Source: an uncultured Gammaproteobacteria bacterium (lineage in GTDB: Bacteria > Patescibacteriota > Patescibacteriia > Magasanikbacterales > JBBTQS01). From it: a DNA stretch of 64,000 nucleotides. The stretch lies in the NCBI GenBank assembly GCA_964627525.1, contig CAZVIA010000005.1, forward strand, positions 6,078 through 70,077, given 5' to 3'. Shown here in pieces: positions 28,669 to 37,556 of this stretch (position 1 is the stretch's first letter; the number at the start of each line of letters is the position of its first letter). The notes beneath the pieces are model-generated. The model did no database searches, had not been told where the DNA came from, and worked only from the letters and a program-made list of their open reading frames with translations. Both the position numbers and the translations under genes were made by a program.

Positions 28669-30039
28669 TCAGGAAGGGCAACCAGTGTCGGGATCAGCGG
28701 GGGCTGAGTCACACGCGTCGCCGCATGCGTCTCCGTCCTCGTTCTCCTGACCATCGTTGGCGTTCAGCGGGCAGTTATCTTCTGCGTCGCCCACACCATC
28801 GTTGTCATCGTCACTGTCGCACTCGTCTCCGTAATTGTCACCGTCCGTGTCCACCTGATCCGGGTTGTCTACACCCGGGCAGTTGTCCATGGGCACGCCG
28901 TCGCCATCCATATCAGGCAGGCACACCCCGGTCGGGAGATCGTCACTCACGTAACATTCCTCATCCACGGCGCAAACCGCGGTGGGATCACAGCTCATTC
29001 CGCACACCGGATCTGAACCACACACGCCGGAACAGTTGGGAACGCACTCTACGCACGCGCCATCCTGACAGGACATGTCGCTGGCACCGAACTCACAAGG
29101 AGTCCCATCGTCTACCACAGAGGCAGCCGTGCACAAGCCAGTGGCCGGATCACAGACATCACCCATGGTACAGACCTCGTTGTCCTCACAGTCAACGGCC
29201 GTGCCAGAGCACGTGCCACCACTGCAGACATCTTCGGTCGTACACAAGTTGTCGTCGACGCAGGACTGACCGTCCTGGGCCGCGGAATCATTCTCACAGC
29301 TACCGTCGGTCTCGTCACACGAGTCCGCGGTGCAGGTATTCGAATCATCGCAATCCACTGCCGTACCGACCTGACAAGCTCCGTCCACACACACGTCACC
29401 GGTGGTGCACAGGTTGCCATCGTCGCAGGCGATATCCAAGTTGGTGCTCACGCAACCAGTCCCAACGACACACTCGTCACTGGTACAGACCTCTCCGTCA
29501 TCGCACGAAGCGTTGTTCGGAGCGTTGGCACAACCAGTCAAAGGATCACAGGAATCCACGGTGCAGGCGAAGGTGTCGTCACAGTCCGTGGCACTGGTAT
29601 CTGTCCCAGCGCACGAGCTGTCCGCACACACGTCAGTGGTGGTACACGCATTGCTGTCATCGCACGAAGCGACGTTAGCCGTGTTCACACACTGATAATT
29701 CGTACACACATCGTCGGTACAGACGTTGGTGTCGTCACACTGCGTATCCATGATACAGGCAATTGCTTCCTCACAACCTTCCGCATCGGAATCCTTGATG
29801 TACGCGCAGTATGCCTGCGTGTCACCGTCCTTCATGTAACAGAAGTATCCGGTCAAAGCGCACGGATCTGCGGGCTCTCCCGCGCAATCCGCGTCAACCG
29901 TACATTCGGTCAAACCACTCACCGTGGTTACGAACTGATCCAATGCCGGAGCATCGGTCATGTTCCCACAACCGTAGATGAGCGGAGAAACGATCAGTAC
30001 GGACAGAACGAACAGAGCGGTCTTTGACTGCTGCATCAT
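28669..30039 (-). CDS. Secreted Cys-rich repeat protein (C-x-D-x-N-x-C-T-x-D-x-C repeats) with C-terminal thrombospondin type-3 Ca-binding repeats; high GC
   Basis: Start at [24 protein letters not shown] (RBS GAGGAG); repeats [26 protein letters not shown]; TSP3: [33 protein letters not shown]. Confidence 0.7.
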   Translation of the reverse strand: MMQQSKTALFVLSVLIVSPLIYGCGNMTDAPALDQFVTTVSGLTECTVDADCAGEPADPCALTGYFCYMKDGDTQAYCAYIKDSDAEGCEEAIACIMDTQCDDTNVCTDDVCTNYQCVNTANVASCDDSNACTTTDVCADSSCAGTDTSATDCDDTFACTVDSCDPLTGCANAPNNASCDDGEVCTSDECVVGTGCVSTNLDIACDDGNLCTTGDVCVDGACQVGTAVDCDDSNTCTADSCDETDGSCENDSAAQDGQSCVDDNLCTTEDVCSGGTCSGTAVDCEDNEVCTMGDVCDPATGLCTAASVVDDGTPCEFGASDMSCQDGACVECVPNCSGVCGSDPVCGMSCDPTAVCAVDEECYVSDDLPTGVCLPDMDGDGVPMDNCPGVDNPDQVDTDGDNYGDECDSDDDNDGVGDAEDNCPLNANDGQENEDGDACGDACDSAPADPDTGCPS

Positions 30040-30398
30040 GGGAAAAACTCCTCTTCCCACACCCAGTTTACACCAGGTGCTTTTGCTATTAGGCGTGGTT
30101 TTAAGATGATCTTGCCTAAGGATCATCCGAGCTGCGATCCGCAGTCTTTTTGCTTAAATTTTTTAAGCAAAAAAACCACAGATCAGAGTATTTTTAATAT
30201 ACACTCTCAAAAAGAGCAGGTCTTAAGTTAACATAATTATTATATTTTGTCAAGTCTTTTTTAGAAAAAAATTTTAAAACAAAAAAATTAGCTAAATTTA
30301 GCTAAAAAATAGCTGTCAAAAAGTTATCCACAAAAAAAATTTGACTAGAATTTTAAATTTTTTATAATTGGTTCTAGTCTTGCTCTGCAAGATAGAAA

Positions 30399-30440
30399 AA
30401 CGTCGGGGCGGCACTCCAATCGCGCGGCGTTTTTCGTTTT
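30399..30440 (-). terminator. lexA terminator hairpin plus T-run (bidirectional)
   Basis: acgccgcgc-gattggagtg-ccgccccgacgt followed by TTTTCTATCTT in minus sense. Confidence 0.5.
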
Positions 30441-30455
30441 TATAGACAAAAAATC

Positions 30456-31070
30456 CTAAGCAGCGCTAAACTTTCGTATCACTGCTTTTACAATTCCTTG
30501 TATATTTGGATTGCAAGCATAAATAGGTTTCATTGAACTGTTAGCTGGTTGTAATCTTATACGTTCTTTTTCTCTATAAAACTTTTTTAAAGTTGCATAT
30601 GCATTATCTAACAAAGCAACAACAACATCTCCATTTGTTGGCGAAGGATTTCTTTCAACAACAACATAATCCCCATCAAAAATTCCATCCTCTATCATTG
30701 ACTCACCTTTTACTTTTAAAACATAAGAATTAAAACTATCTACAACAAAATCTGCTGGCACTCCAAAAGTTTCATTATCTTCTAAAGCTTCAATTGGTTC
30801 ACCAGCTGTAATCATTCCAGACAAAGGCAAAAGAATTGTGCGACCAGTTTGCATTGCTTTTGAAGAAAGTTCAATTGAGCGAGCGCGATTGTGTGAACGT
30901 TTTATGTATTTCTTTTTTTCAAGAGATTTTAAATGTTCATGAATTGTTGCAACTGAAGACACACCAAGCTCTTGAGCAATTTCTTCTAAAGAAGGAGCAT
31001 AGTCATATTGCAAAACATAATTTACAACATAATTTAAAACTGATTTTTGGCGAGGTGTTAGCATAAGCAC
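30456..31070 (-). CDS. lexA: LexA repressor (S24 peptidase)
   Basis: N-terminal HTH; C-terminal GESMIEDGIFDGDYVVVE (Ser) and ATLKKF (Lys) catalytic dyad. Confidence 0.85.
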   Translation of the reverse strand: MLMLTPRQKSVLNYVVNYVLQYDYAPSLEEIAQELGVSSVATIHEHLKSLEKKKYIKRSHNRARSIELSSKAMQTGRTILLPLSGMITAGEPIEALEDNETFGVPADFVVDSFNSYVLKVKGESMIEDGIFDGDYVVVERNPSPTNGDVVVALLDNAYATLKKFYREKERIRLQPANSSMKPIYACNPNIQGIVKAVIRKFSAA

Positions 31071-31101
31071 ATGAATTTATTTTAATTACTCCTGTGCTCA
31101 A

Positions 31102-31130
31102 ACTATACCCGAAAGAAAACCGAAAGTCAA
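31102..31130 (-). promoter_or_regulatory. Putative sigma-70 promoter of lexA (minus sense TTGACT-N17-TATAGT); spacer contains direct repeat CCGAAAG x2
   Basis: rc of 31125-31130 = TTGACT, rc of 31102-31107 = TATAGT; 17-nt spacer counted by hand. Confidence 0.45.
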
Positions 31131-31159
31131 AATATTTATTGTGGATAAGTTTTTTTACA

Positions 31160-31192
31160 ACCTAAAACCGACCTCTAGTTTGAAGTCGGCTT
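31160..31192 (-). terminator. pyk terminator hairpin (AAGCCGAC ... GTCGGTTTT)
   Basis: Stem 31166-31172 / 31184-31190, U-run on the minus transcript. Confidence 0.45.
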
Positions 31193-31204
31193 ACTCATCC
31201 ATCC

Positions 31205-32599
31205 TTAGATACGCTCTTCGCGCATCTCCAAGTTATTTGAAGACAGGTCAAATATTATTATCTTCTTAGCTCGCTTGTCAAGAATATTTAAATATTTTTT
31301 CATTGCTGAAATTTCATTTTTTGGAAAAACTTTTGGAATAAGACCCCAGTACAAATTCAACTGCTGTGCATGAGTTTTATCTTCTGCTGAAACTATAATC
31401 GGCAACTCTGGCCTAAACCTACGAATCATTGGAGCATATTTTGAAGCTGAACGTGCAACTAAAATTGCTTGAACTTTATTTGTGCGCGCCAATAAAGAAG
31501 CAATTGAACTTAACTCACTGTGTTTTTTATCTGAAACAAAATCCAAAGCAGTTGGCACAAAATCATCAAAAACAGATTTTTCAGTTTCTTTTATTATGTT
31601 AGCCATTGTCTTAACCGTAACAACAGGATACTTCCCTGTTGCAGATTCACCAGACAACATCGTTGCATCTGTGTGATCCACAACAGCATTTGCAACATCA
31701 GAAATTTCCGCACGAGTTGGGCGAGGTTTTTCAACCATTGAACCTAACATTTCAGTTGCCACAATTACAGCACGATTTGCTTCAATAGCTTTTTCTGTAA
31801 TTATTTTTTGCAAAACCGGCACGCGAGTTCCTTCTGTTTCTAAAGCCAAATCACCGCGCGCAACCATAATTATATCTACAACTTGCAAAATACTATCAAA
31901 ATTATCTACCGCCTCACGCATTTCAACTTTAGCAACAACCAATGGAAACCGAGCACCTTTTGGCAACCATTTTTTTATTAATTTACGCAACTGCTTAATA
32001 TCTTTTGCTGTGCGCACAAATGACAAAGAAACAATATCCACTCCTTGCGCCAACCCAAATTTCAAATCTTTTTTATCTTTATCAGTAATTGTTGCTACTG
32101 ATAATTTTGCAGTTGGTGTATTTAAACCTTTGTGACTTTTTAATTTCCCACCCACAACAACTTTACAATAAACATTTTTTCCAGAAATTTTTTCAACTTT
32201 TAATTCCAGCAAACCATCATCCAACAAAACCTGATCACCCTTACTAACATCTTTGTATAATTTTTTATATTGAACTGGAATGTGATCTTTGATTAATTTT
32301 TCCGCACAAGACAAAACCACAACTTTACCCTTGATTAATTTCAAACCTTGCTCTGGCAAATCTCCTACACGAATTTTTGGTCCAGAAAGATCTTGCAAAA
32401 TTGCTACTGGCTGACCAACTTTACGCGACGCTGTACGAATCAATCGAATTAATTTTTTGTGATCTGGATGTGTGCCATGAGAAAAATTTAAACGACAAAC
32501 ATTCATCCCAGCTTTCATCATTTTTTCCAAAACCACTGGCTTAGAACTTGCCGGCCCAATAGTGCATACAATTTTTGTTCGCTTCATTGTTGGTTTCAT
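31205..32599 (-). CDS. pyk: Pyruvate kinase
   Basis: KIVCTIGPAS...NFSHG... barrel plus C-terminal domain, ~460 aa. Confidence 0.85.
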   Translation of the reverse strand: MKPTMKRTKIVCTIGPASSKPVVLEKMMKAGMNVCRLNFSHGTHPDHKKLIRLIRTASRKVGQPVAILQDLSGPKIRVGDLPEQGLKLIKGKVVVLSCAEKLIKDHIPVQYKKLYKDVSKGDQVLLDDGLLELKVEKISGKNVYCKVVVGGKLKSHKGLNTPTAKLSVATITDKDKKDLKFGLAQGVDIVSLSFVRTAKDIKQLRKLIKKWLPKGARFPLVVAKVEMREAVDNFDSILQVVDIIMVARGDLALETEGTRVPVLQKIITEKAIEANRAVIVATEMLGSMVEKPRPTRAEISDVANAVVDHTDATMLSGESATGKYPVVTVKTMANIIKETEKSVFDDFVPTALDFVSDKKHSELSSIASLLARTNKVQAILVARSASKYAPMIRRFRPELPIIVSAEDKTHAQQLNLYWGLIPKVFPKNEISAMKKYLNILDKRAKKIIIFDLSSNNLEMREERI

Positions 32600-32617
32600 A
32601 ATTTGTTGTTTGAAAAT

Positions 32618-32971
32618 TTATCGTTGTTGATATTGTTTTAAAATTTCTTCTGGTGAAAAGTTTTCACCTGAAAAACCAAACCCACTAAAAATAGCACCAA
32701 CACCATCTTCTTTAAATGAAGTGCTTATTGTCTCAAACTGTGTGCGCACAAATCTTGGCACAAAAACTAATCCAAAAATTATTATACCAATTAATATTGC
32801 CAACTTTAACCAACCCCACAAACTTGAAATAATTTGATAGCGCCGAACTTTTTTACTGAGCTTAATACTTTCTTGAGTCAGCTCAATATTTTGTTTTAAT
32901 AATTTTAAAATCTCACTATTGCTTGGGCCTGCTGATTTTTCAACTGGCTTTGATATGGTTTTTTTGTCCAT
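32618..32971 (-). CDS. Small hypothetical membrane protein
   Basis: One central TM helix; operonic between nrdR and pyk. Confidence 0.4.
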   Translation of the reverse strand: MDKKTISKPVEKSAGPSNSEILKLLKQNIELTQESIKLSKKVRRYQIISSLWGWLKLAILIGIIIFGLVFVPRFVRTQFETISTSFKEDGVGAIFSGFGFSGENFSPEEILKQYQQR

Positions 32972-32974
32972 AAA

Positions 32975-33454
32975 TTATTTCTTATTATTAACACGCTTTT
33001 TGCTTTTGCTTAAAAGCGCTTTTAATTCTTTTTGAAAACTTTTCACATCCTTAAATTGACGATACACACTCGCAAATCTTATGTACGCAACTTGATCAAA
33101 TTTTCTTAAATATTTCATTATGATTTCACCAATCTGCTTGCTGGTGATTTCACGATTTTTTTTCTTTTGAATTTCTTGTTCAATTTTGTGGATCAAAGTT
33201 TTAAATTTATCTTGGGTGTATGGACGTTTTTCTAAAGATTTAAAAATACCTCGTGATAATTTTTCTCTATTATAAGTTTCCCGTTGGCCATTATTTTTAA
33301 CCACAGTTATATCTAGCAATTCCATTTCTTCAGTTGTTGAAAATCTAAAATGGCATTTTTCACATTCACGACGGCGACGCACACTTAAACCATCTTGAGC
33401 CACGCGCGAATCCACCACTTTTGTTTCTTTATTTTTACAGCTAGGACAATGCAT
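32975..33454 (-). CDS. nrdR: Transcriptional repressor NrdR
   Basis: MHCPSCKNKETKVVDSR...RRRECEKC zinc ribbon plus ATP-cone. Confidence 0.85.
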   Translation of the reverse strand: MHCPSCKNKETKVVDSRVAQDGLSVRRRRECEKCHFRFSTTEEMELLDITVVKNNGQRETYNREKLSRGIFKSLEKRPYTQDKFKTLIHKIEQEIQKKKNREITSKQIGEIIMKYLRKFDQVAYIRFASVYRQFKDVKSFQKELKALLSKSKKRVNNKK

Positions 33455-33562
33455 AGTGTTGGTATTATAGCACGATTGACTTGGCAGTATTAAAAATTTT
33501 TGCTATTATCATTTCTCACTATGCAATGGCGCATAGTGTTAACCAGGGGGAGGTTGGCTCAA

Positions 33563-34804
33563 ATGAGTGAGCAGACCAGAACCATAGCCAGATTGACTGT
33601 TGCCAGTATTCACATGATAAAAATTCCTATCTATGTTTTTCGCATAAAAGGCAAAGATGGAGCACAAAGAAGTAACATCAGATGGGTCAATGTTGGTGGA
33701 AAACTTGCAGGCATTGCATCGCGCTCTGAAGAGTACCCTTACAACATCACTGTTGTGGTGATGATAGATAGTGAGGGCAGAAAATACTTTTTAAGTTCAG
33801 ATTCTTTTAGGGTGTATGTGTTCAAAGCCAAAGATGTGCAAGTGACAACTTCAGGTAAATTTGCAAAGACAGTACTTAAGACACACTTAATAACTGGAAG
33901 GTATGGTGCTTATCATAACAATGCATGTAATTGTTCGTATCGTGATGTGCCACATCGTAAAGAGTGTTACACAACAGAATATCTTGATGCAAAAAGTGCT
34001 CTTCGAGAAAAAACTCTGTTTGACCAGCGATTTGTCCGAGTTATGTGGTCTCATGATTATCATGGCTTGAAACGCATCCATTTTGAAAAAGAATATACTT
34101 TTGAAGAGTTGTGCGCTCTTAAGCCTGGTGATGTGTTGTTTGAAGTAAAAGATCATCCATTCAAAAAAGAGACTGGAAAATTCAGTCTTCCTTGCAGAGT
34201 TGAAACTACTCCAAGTTGGATGAGGTACAAACGAACTTTTGGTTGGATCACACAAGTCAAGAAAATGACTGTGTTCACAAATGGTATTGTGCATTTTCCT
34301 TTAGAAAGGCCTTTTGGTGCAATTGGCTGGAAGCAGTGGTCTTTGATTAAATTCACACAACGCATTCATGCCGAAAACTGGCATGAGATGCTTAAAGCGA
34401 TTGAAGGTAAATATTTTGAAGGTGTAAACACATCTACAAAACTCAATCGAGCAATTCGAAATTTGCACTTTATTGGAGAAAGCCAGGATCGTATCAGAAA
34501 AATTCAGGGCGAGTGCTTCAGAGGTGGTACTTTTGATGAATGTCATGGTGTAGAAGTAGGTATTGGTGAACGACTTTTGTTCATTGGTCAAAAAAATAAT
34601 GTGCCCGTATATGTGATTGACTCCCCTAGCTATGGGACTGCACTATATGTTTTCACTGATGAAACAGTTGCGCGTAATTTTGCAAACAAACGTATCAGCG
34701 CAACTAAGGCCCAGGAATCTGCATCTGCTCGTGTGATTCATGTTGGAAAATGGGAAGCTCGAGCTAGTCAAGCTATTGCGTCTGCTAGCGTAGCAAGTTC
34801 GTAA
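33563..34804 (+). CDS. Hypothetical protein (no recognisable domain); self-contained plus-strand gene with strong RBS GGGGGAGG
   Basis: Start at MSEQTRT (the ORF track begins upstream at 33500); GC ~42%; own terminator at 34841-34872. Confidence 0.55.
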   Translation: MSEQTRTIARLTVASIHMIKIPIYVFRIKGKDGAQRSNIRWVNVGGKLAGIASRSEEYPYNITVVVMIDSEGRKYFLSSDSFRVYVFKAKDVQVTTSGKFAKTVLKTHLITGRYGAYHNNACNCSYRDVPHRKECYTTEYLDAKSALREKTLFDQRFVRVMWSHDYHGLKRIHFEKEYTFEELCALKPGDVLFEVKDHPFKKETGKFSLPCRVETTPSWMRYKRTFGWITQVKKMTVFTNGIVHFPLERPFGAIGWKQWSLIKFTQRIHAENWHEMLKAIEGKYFEGVNTSTKLNRAIRNLHFIGESQDRIRKIQGECFRGGTFDECHGVEVGIGERLLFIGQKNNVPVYVIDSPSYGTALYVFTDETVARNFANKRISATKAQESASARVIHVGKWEARASQAIASASVASS

Positions 34805-34840
34805 TTTAACAGAGCTATTCCCTATTAACCCTTAACAAGG

Positions 34841-34872
34841 CCGCTTAGTTAACTACTAAGTGGTTTTGTAAT
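34841..34872 (+). terminator. Rho-independent terminator (ccgcttagt-taact-actaagtgg plus TTTTG)
   Basis: Read directly. Confidence 0.55.
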
Positions 34873-35049
34873 TTATATAATTTTAAAATTTAAAAAATAC
34901 CCGTAACCTGATTCGTTGAACCAAGTTACGGGCAAAGGGGTGATTTGGTAGAGGATTTTTCTAGGGGAGCCCTCCACCAGTCCGTGACGAGGTCTACCAT
35001 CATGGCTCTCTCATAATTATTATGTCGTAATTTAATTTTTTTTGCAATA

Positions 35050-35095
35050 TTAAAAAGCCCTGTCGCTTTGAGGTGACAGGGCTTTAAACTTTTCT
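35050..35095. terminator. Bidirectional terminator (GCCCTGTC-gctttgaggt-GACAGGGC, A-run before and T-run after) for ftsZ and the convergent plus-strand gene
   Basis: Stem 35057-35064 / 35075-35082. Confidence 0.6.
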
Positions 35096-35130
35096 GAATT
35101 TAAAACTTTTTTATAACTTTTTTTATAAAC

Positions 35131-36459
35131 TTATCCACCCATTTTTCTTCTAATAAATGCTGGGATCTCTAACTCTTCATCAGGTTCAACATTTGCATCT
35201 GTTGCTGAATCTGGTTTTCTTAGTTTTGGTTTGATAATATTTTTCTGTGGCTGTGAATGTGGTTGTGGTTGTTGACGCTCTGTTGTTTCTTCTTTTGTTT
35301 TATCTGTTGTGCCACCAAAAATTTTTCTTTTAAAACTAGGAGGTGAATCTTTTTTCTCTTCTTCTTGTTGTCCTGTAGGTGCTGTAGCTACATTTGCAAA
35401 ATTAGTTGGACTTGGCCCAAACAAATTTTGATTCATAGACATTACAGTACTACGCTCCTGACCTCGTGGATCAATTCTTTTTGGCATACGATCACCAAAA
35501 CCAGTTGCCACAACAGTAATTTTTACTTCATCTTTCATGTCTTCATCAATCACAGCACCAAAAATAACTTTTGCATCTTCATCAGTGCTTTCTGTAATAA
35601 CTTGAGCAGCGTCATTTACTTCTTGCATTGTCATATCACTACCTCCACAAATTGTGAACAACAAACCTTTAGCTCCATCAACTGAAACTTCAAGCAAAGG
35701 AGACGCGATTGCAGATTTTGCAGCATCCACTGCACGATTTTCACCAGTTGCTCTTCCAATTCCCATGAGTGCACTTCCTGTATCATGCATGATTGCTTTT
35801 ACATCTGCGAAATCAACATTAATTAAACCTGGAGTTGTAATTAATTCTGAAATTCCTTGAACACCTTGGCGCAAAACATCATCAACAATTTTAAATGAAT
35901 CAACTAAAGATGTTTTTTTGTCTATGATTTGCAAAACTCTATCATTAGGAATACAAATTATTGTATCAACACTTCCTTCCATTTCTTCATAAGCAGAGTC
36001 AGCAACTTCTCTTCTTTGTGCTCCTTCAAAAGTAAATGGACGAGTTACAACAGCAACTGTTAAAGCACCTAAATCACGGGCAATCTTTGCAATTTCAGGA
36101 CCAGCTCCTGAGCCAGTTCCACCACCCAAACCACACGTTATAAAAACCATGTCAGTGCCTTTTAGCATGTCGCGAATTTCATTTTGAGATTCTTCTGCTG
36201 ATGCACGCCCAACATTTGGATCCATACCTGCACCAAGTCCGCGTGTTACAGAATTACCAATGTGTAATTTTTGTTGAGCACTACTATGATGCAATGCTTG
36301 AACATCAGTGTTAATTGCAACAAACTCAACACCACGAATTTTTGCAAGAATCATTCGGTTGATTGCTGAATTACCACCACCCCCTATACCTACTACTTTT
36401 ATTTTAGCAAATGTTTCAATTGCTGGTTTTACTTCTGGCATATTTTTTTGGTTGAACAC
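35131..36459 (-). CDS. ftsZ: Cell division protein FtsZ
   Basis: [12 protein letters not shown] and [12 protein letters not shown] tubulin signature. Confidence 0.9.
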   Translation of the reverse strand: MFNQKNMPEVKPAIETFAKIKVVGIGGGGNSAINRMILAKIRGVEFVAINTDVQALHHSSAQQKLHIGNSVTRGLGAGMDPNVGRASAEESQNEIRDMLKGTDMVFITCGLGGGTGSGAGPEIAKIARDLGALTVAVVTRPFTFEGAQRREVADSAYEEMEGSVDTIICIPNDRVLQIIDKKTSLVDSFKIVDDVLRQGVQGISELITTPGLINVDFADVKAIMHDTGSALMGIGRATGENRAVDAAKSAIASPLLEVSVDGAKGLLFTICGGSDMTMQEVNDAAQVITESTDEDAKVIFGAVIDEDMKDEVKITVVATGFGDRMPKRIDPRGQERSTVMSMNQNLFGPSPTNFANVATAPTGQQEEEKKDSPPSFKRKIFGGTTDKTKEETTERQQPQPHSQPQKNIIKPKLRKPDSATDANVEPDEELEIPAFIRRKMGG

Positions 36460-36563
36460 ATTTTTTGTTCAACAAAATTATTTTTGAATACATTTAGTGT
36501 TTCTATATATAAGTTTACAAGAGGATTAAAAAAAACACAATAGCTGTGGAAATAAACACAAAG

Positions 36564-36592
36564 TTGACAAATTTTGCCAAAAATGATATAAA
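36564..36592 (+). promoter_or_regulatory. Consensus sigma-70 promoter TTGACA-N17-TATAAA for the 36630 gene
   Basis: Hexamers at 36564-36569 and 36587-36592; 17-nt spacer counted. Confidence 0.6.
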
Positions 36593-36629
36593 AAGATGTC
36601 GCAAACAACCGCGGCAAAGGGGAGGGACT

Positions 36630-37382
36630 ATGCCTCATATAAGCGAAGACCAAATTGCTAGGTTGCGTGAGTTGGATTCAAAGTTTGAGCATGGGTTGGG
36701 AGATAACTTTGAAGCATGGCTAGATTCCATGGATCAGCTACAAGCTTTGGACATAGACGATCCAAGCCAAACTTCTGAAGCACCAAGTGATATTCGTGAA
36801 AAACAAGCTCAAGTGCTTTGGGATAAGGGTTTTGGTCGTGAGCAAGGTTATGCTGAATTCAAGGGTTACCTTGCAACCATTCCTCCACAACCAGAACGTC
36901 CAACTGATCTCCCAGACTACTTGGACAAGCTAATCCTCGTAGATGCACGAATTGCTCGTACTCAAGATAAGGATGGTGAGTACCAGTTCGGAGGACTTGT
37001 CAAAGTCTGTGAACTGCTTAGAGTCAAATTCACTGGAAACAACTCCATATTTGAACCATTCAATCCAGAACAGGTCAAAAAACAAGACGTGTATTGGATG
37101 TGGTGCCAAGATGGTAAACGTAATCTAGGTAAAACTGTCCAAACCTGCCGTAAAGAGTTCGCTGAAAATGAAATCGGACTTGATGCAATGGAAGGTCTAG
37201 CATTGTTTGCTCAACACAGAAAGATTCCAGAAGATCACTACATGGACCTGCCAAGTTCGGTCCATTGTGGCAATCGCAAGTGCTGCGCGAACCTCGACTT
37301 GTGGGACGACGTTCCGGAGTTGGACTTGGACTGGGATGGCGATGCGGATTCCAGGTTTGGTTCTGCGTCGCGTGGGGAGTAA
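36630..37382 (+). CDS. Hypothetical acidic protein (no recognisable domain); plus-strand gene between ftsZ and ftsA; RBS AAGGGGAGGG
   Basis: Start MPHISEDQ 7 nt after the RBS; GC ~45%; flanked by its own promoter and terminator. Confidence 0.55.
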   Translation: MPHISEDQIARLRELDSKFEHGLGDNFEAWLDSMDQLQALDIDDPSQTSEAPSDIREKQAQVLWDKGFGREQGYAEFKGYLATIPPQPERPTDLPDYLDKLILVDARIARTQDKDGEYQFGGLVKVCELLRVKFTGNNSIFEPFNPEQVKKQDVYWMWCQDGKRNLGKTVQTCRKEFAENEIGLDAMEGLALFAQHRKIPEDHYMDLPSSVHCGNRKCCANLDLWDDVPELDLDWDGDADSRFGSASRGE

Positions 37383-37431
37383 TTTCCCTCTGCCCTTTTA
37401 ACCTAGTCACTCTTTGAAACTTTTCCCTTGT

Positions 37432-37470
37432 CCCTCTTAGTTTAACAACTGGGAGGGATTTGTGTTTTTT
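37432..37470 (+). terminator. Terminator (CCCTC-N14-GGGAGGG plus T-run) for the 36630 gene
   Basis: Read directly. Confidence 0.5.
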
Positions 37471-37473
37471 GTG

Positions 37474-37512
37474 AAAAAAGGGCGAAATTTGCTTTGCAAA
37501 TTTCGCCCAATA
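37474..37512 (-). terminator. Strong terminator for ftsA: perfect 13-bp hairpin GGGCGAAATTTGC-tttg-GCAAATTTCGCCC followed by U6 on the minus transcript
   Basis: Stem 37480-37492 / 37497-37509; AAAAAA at 37474-37479. Confidence 0.65.
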
Positions 37513-37556
37513 AAACACAAACTAAATACCCCAAACCCTTTATTCCAACTCCACTT

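Noticed and set aside
28608-29678. 356-aa plus-strand ORF, extremely Arg/His/Cys-rich
   Set aside because: Antisense shadow ORF of the high-GC Cys-rich gene 28669..30039.
30133-30141. 9-nt match (gcgatccgc) to the tRNA-Asp acceptor region as a second att copy
   Set aside because: Too short to be significant in GC-rich DNA.
30100-30160. Hairpins GATGATC/GATCATC and TTGCTTAAA/TTTAAGCAA upstream of the Cys-rich gene as terminators
   Set aside because: T-run precedes and A-run follows the stem on both strands, the inverse of a terminator arrangement. More likely promoter-region structure or coincidence.
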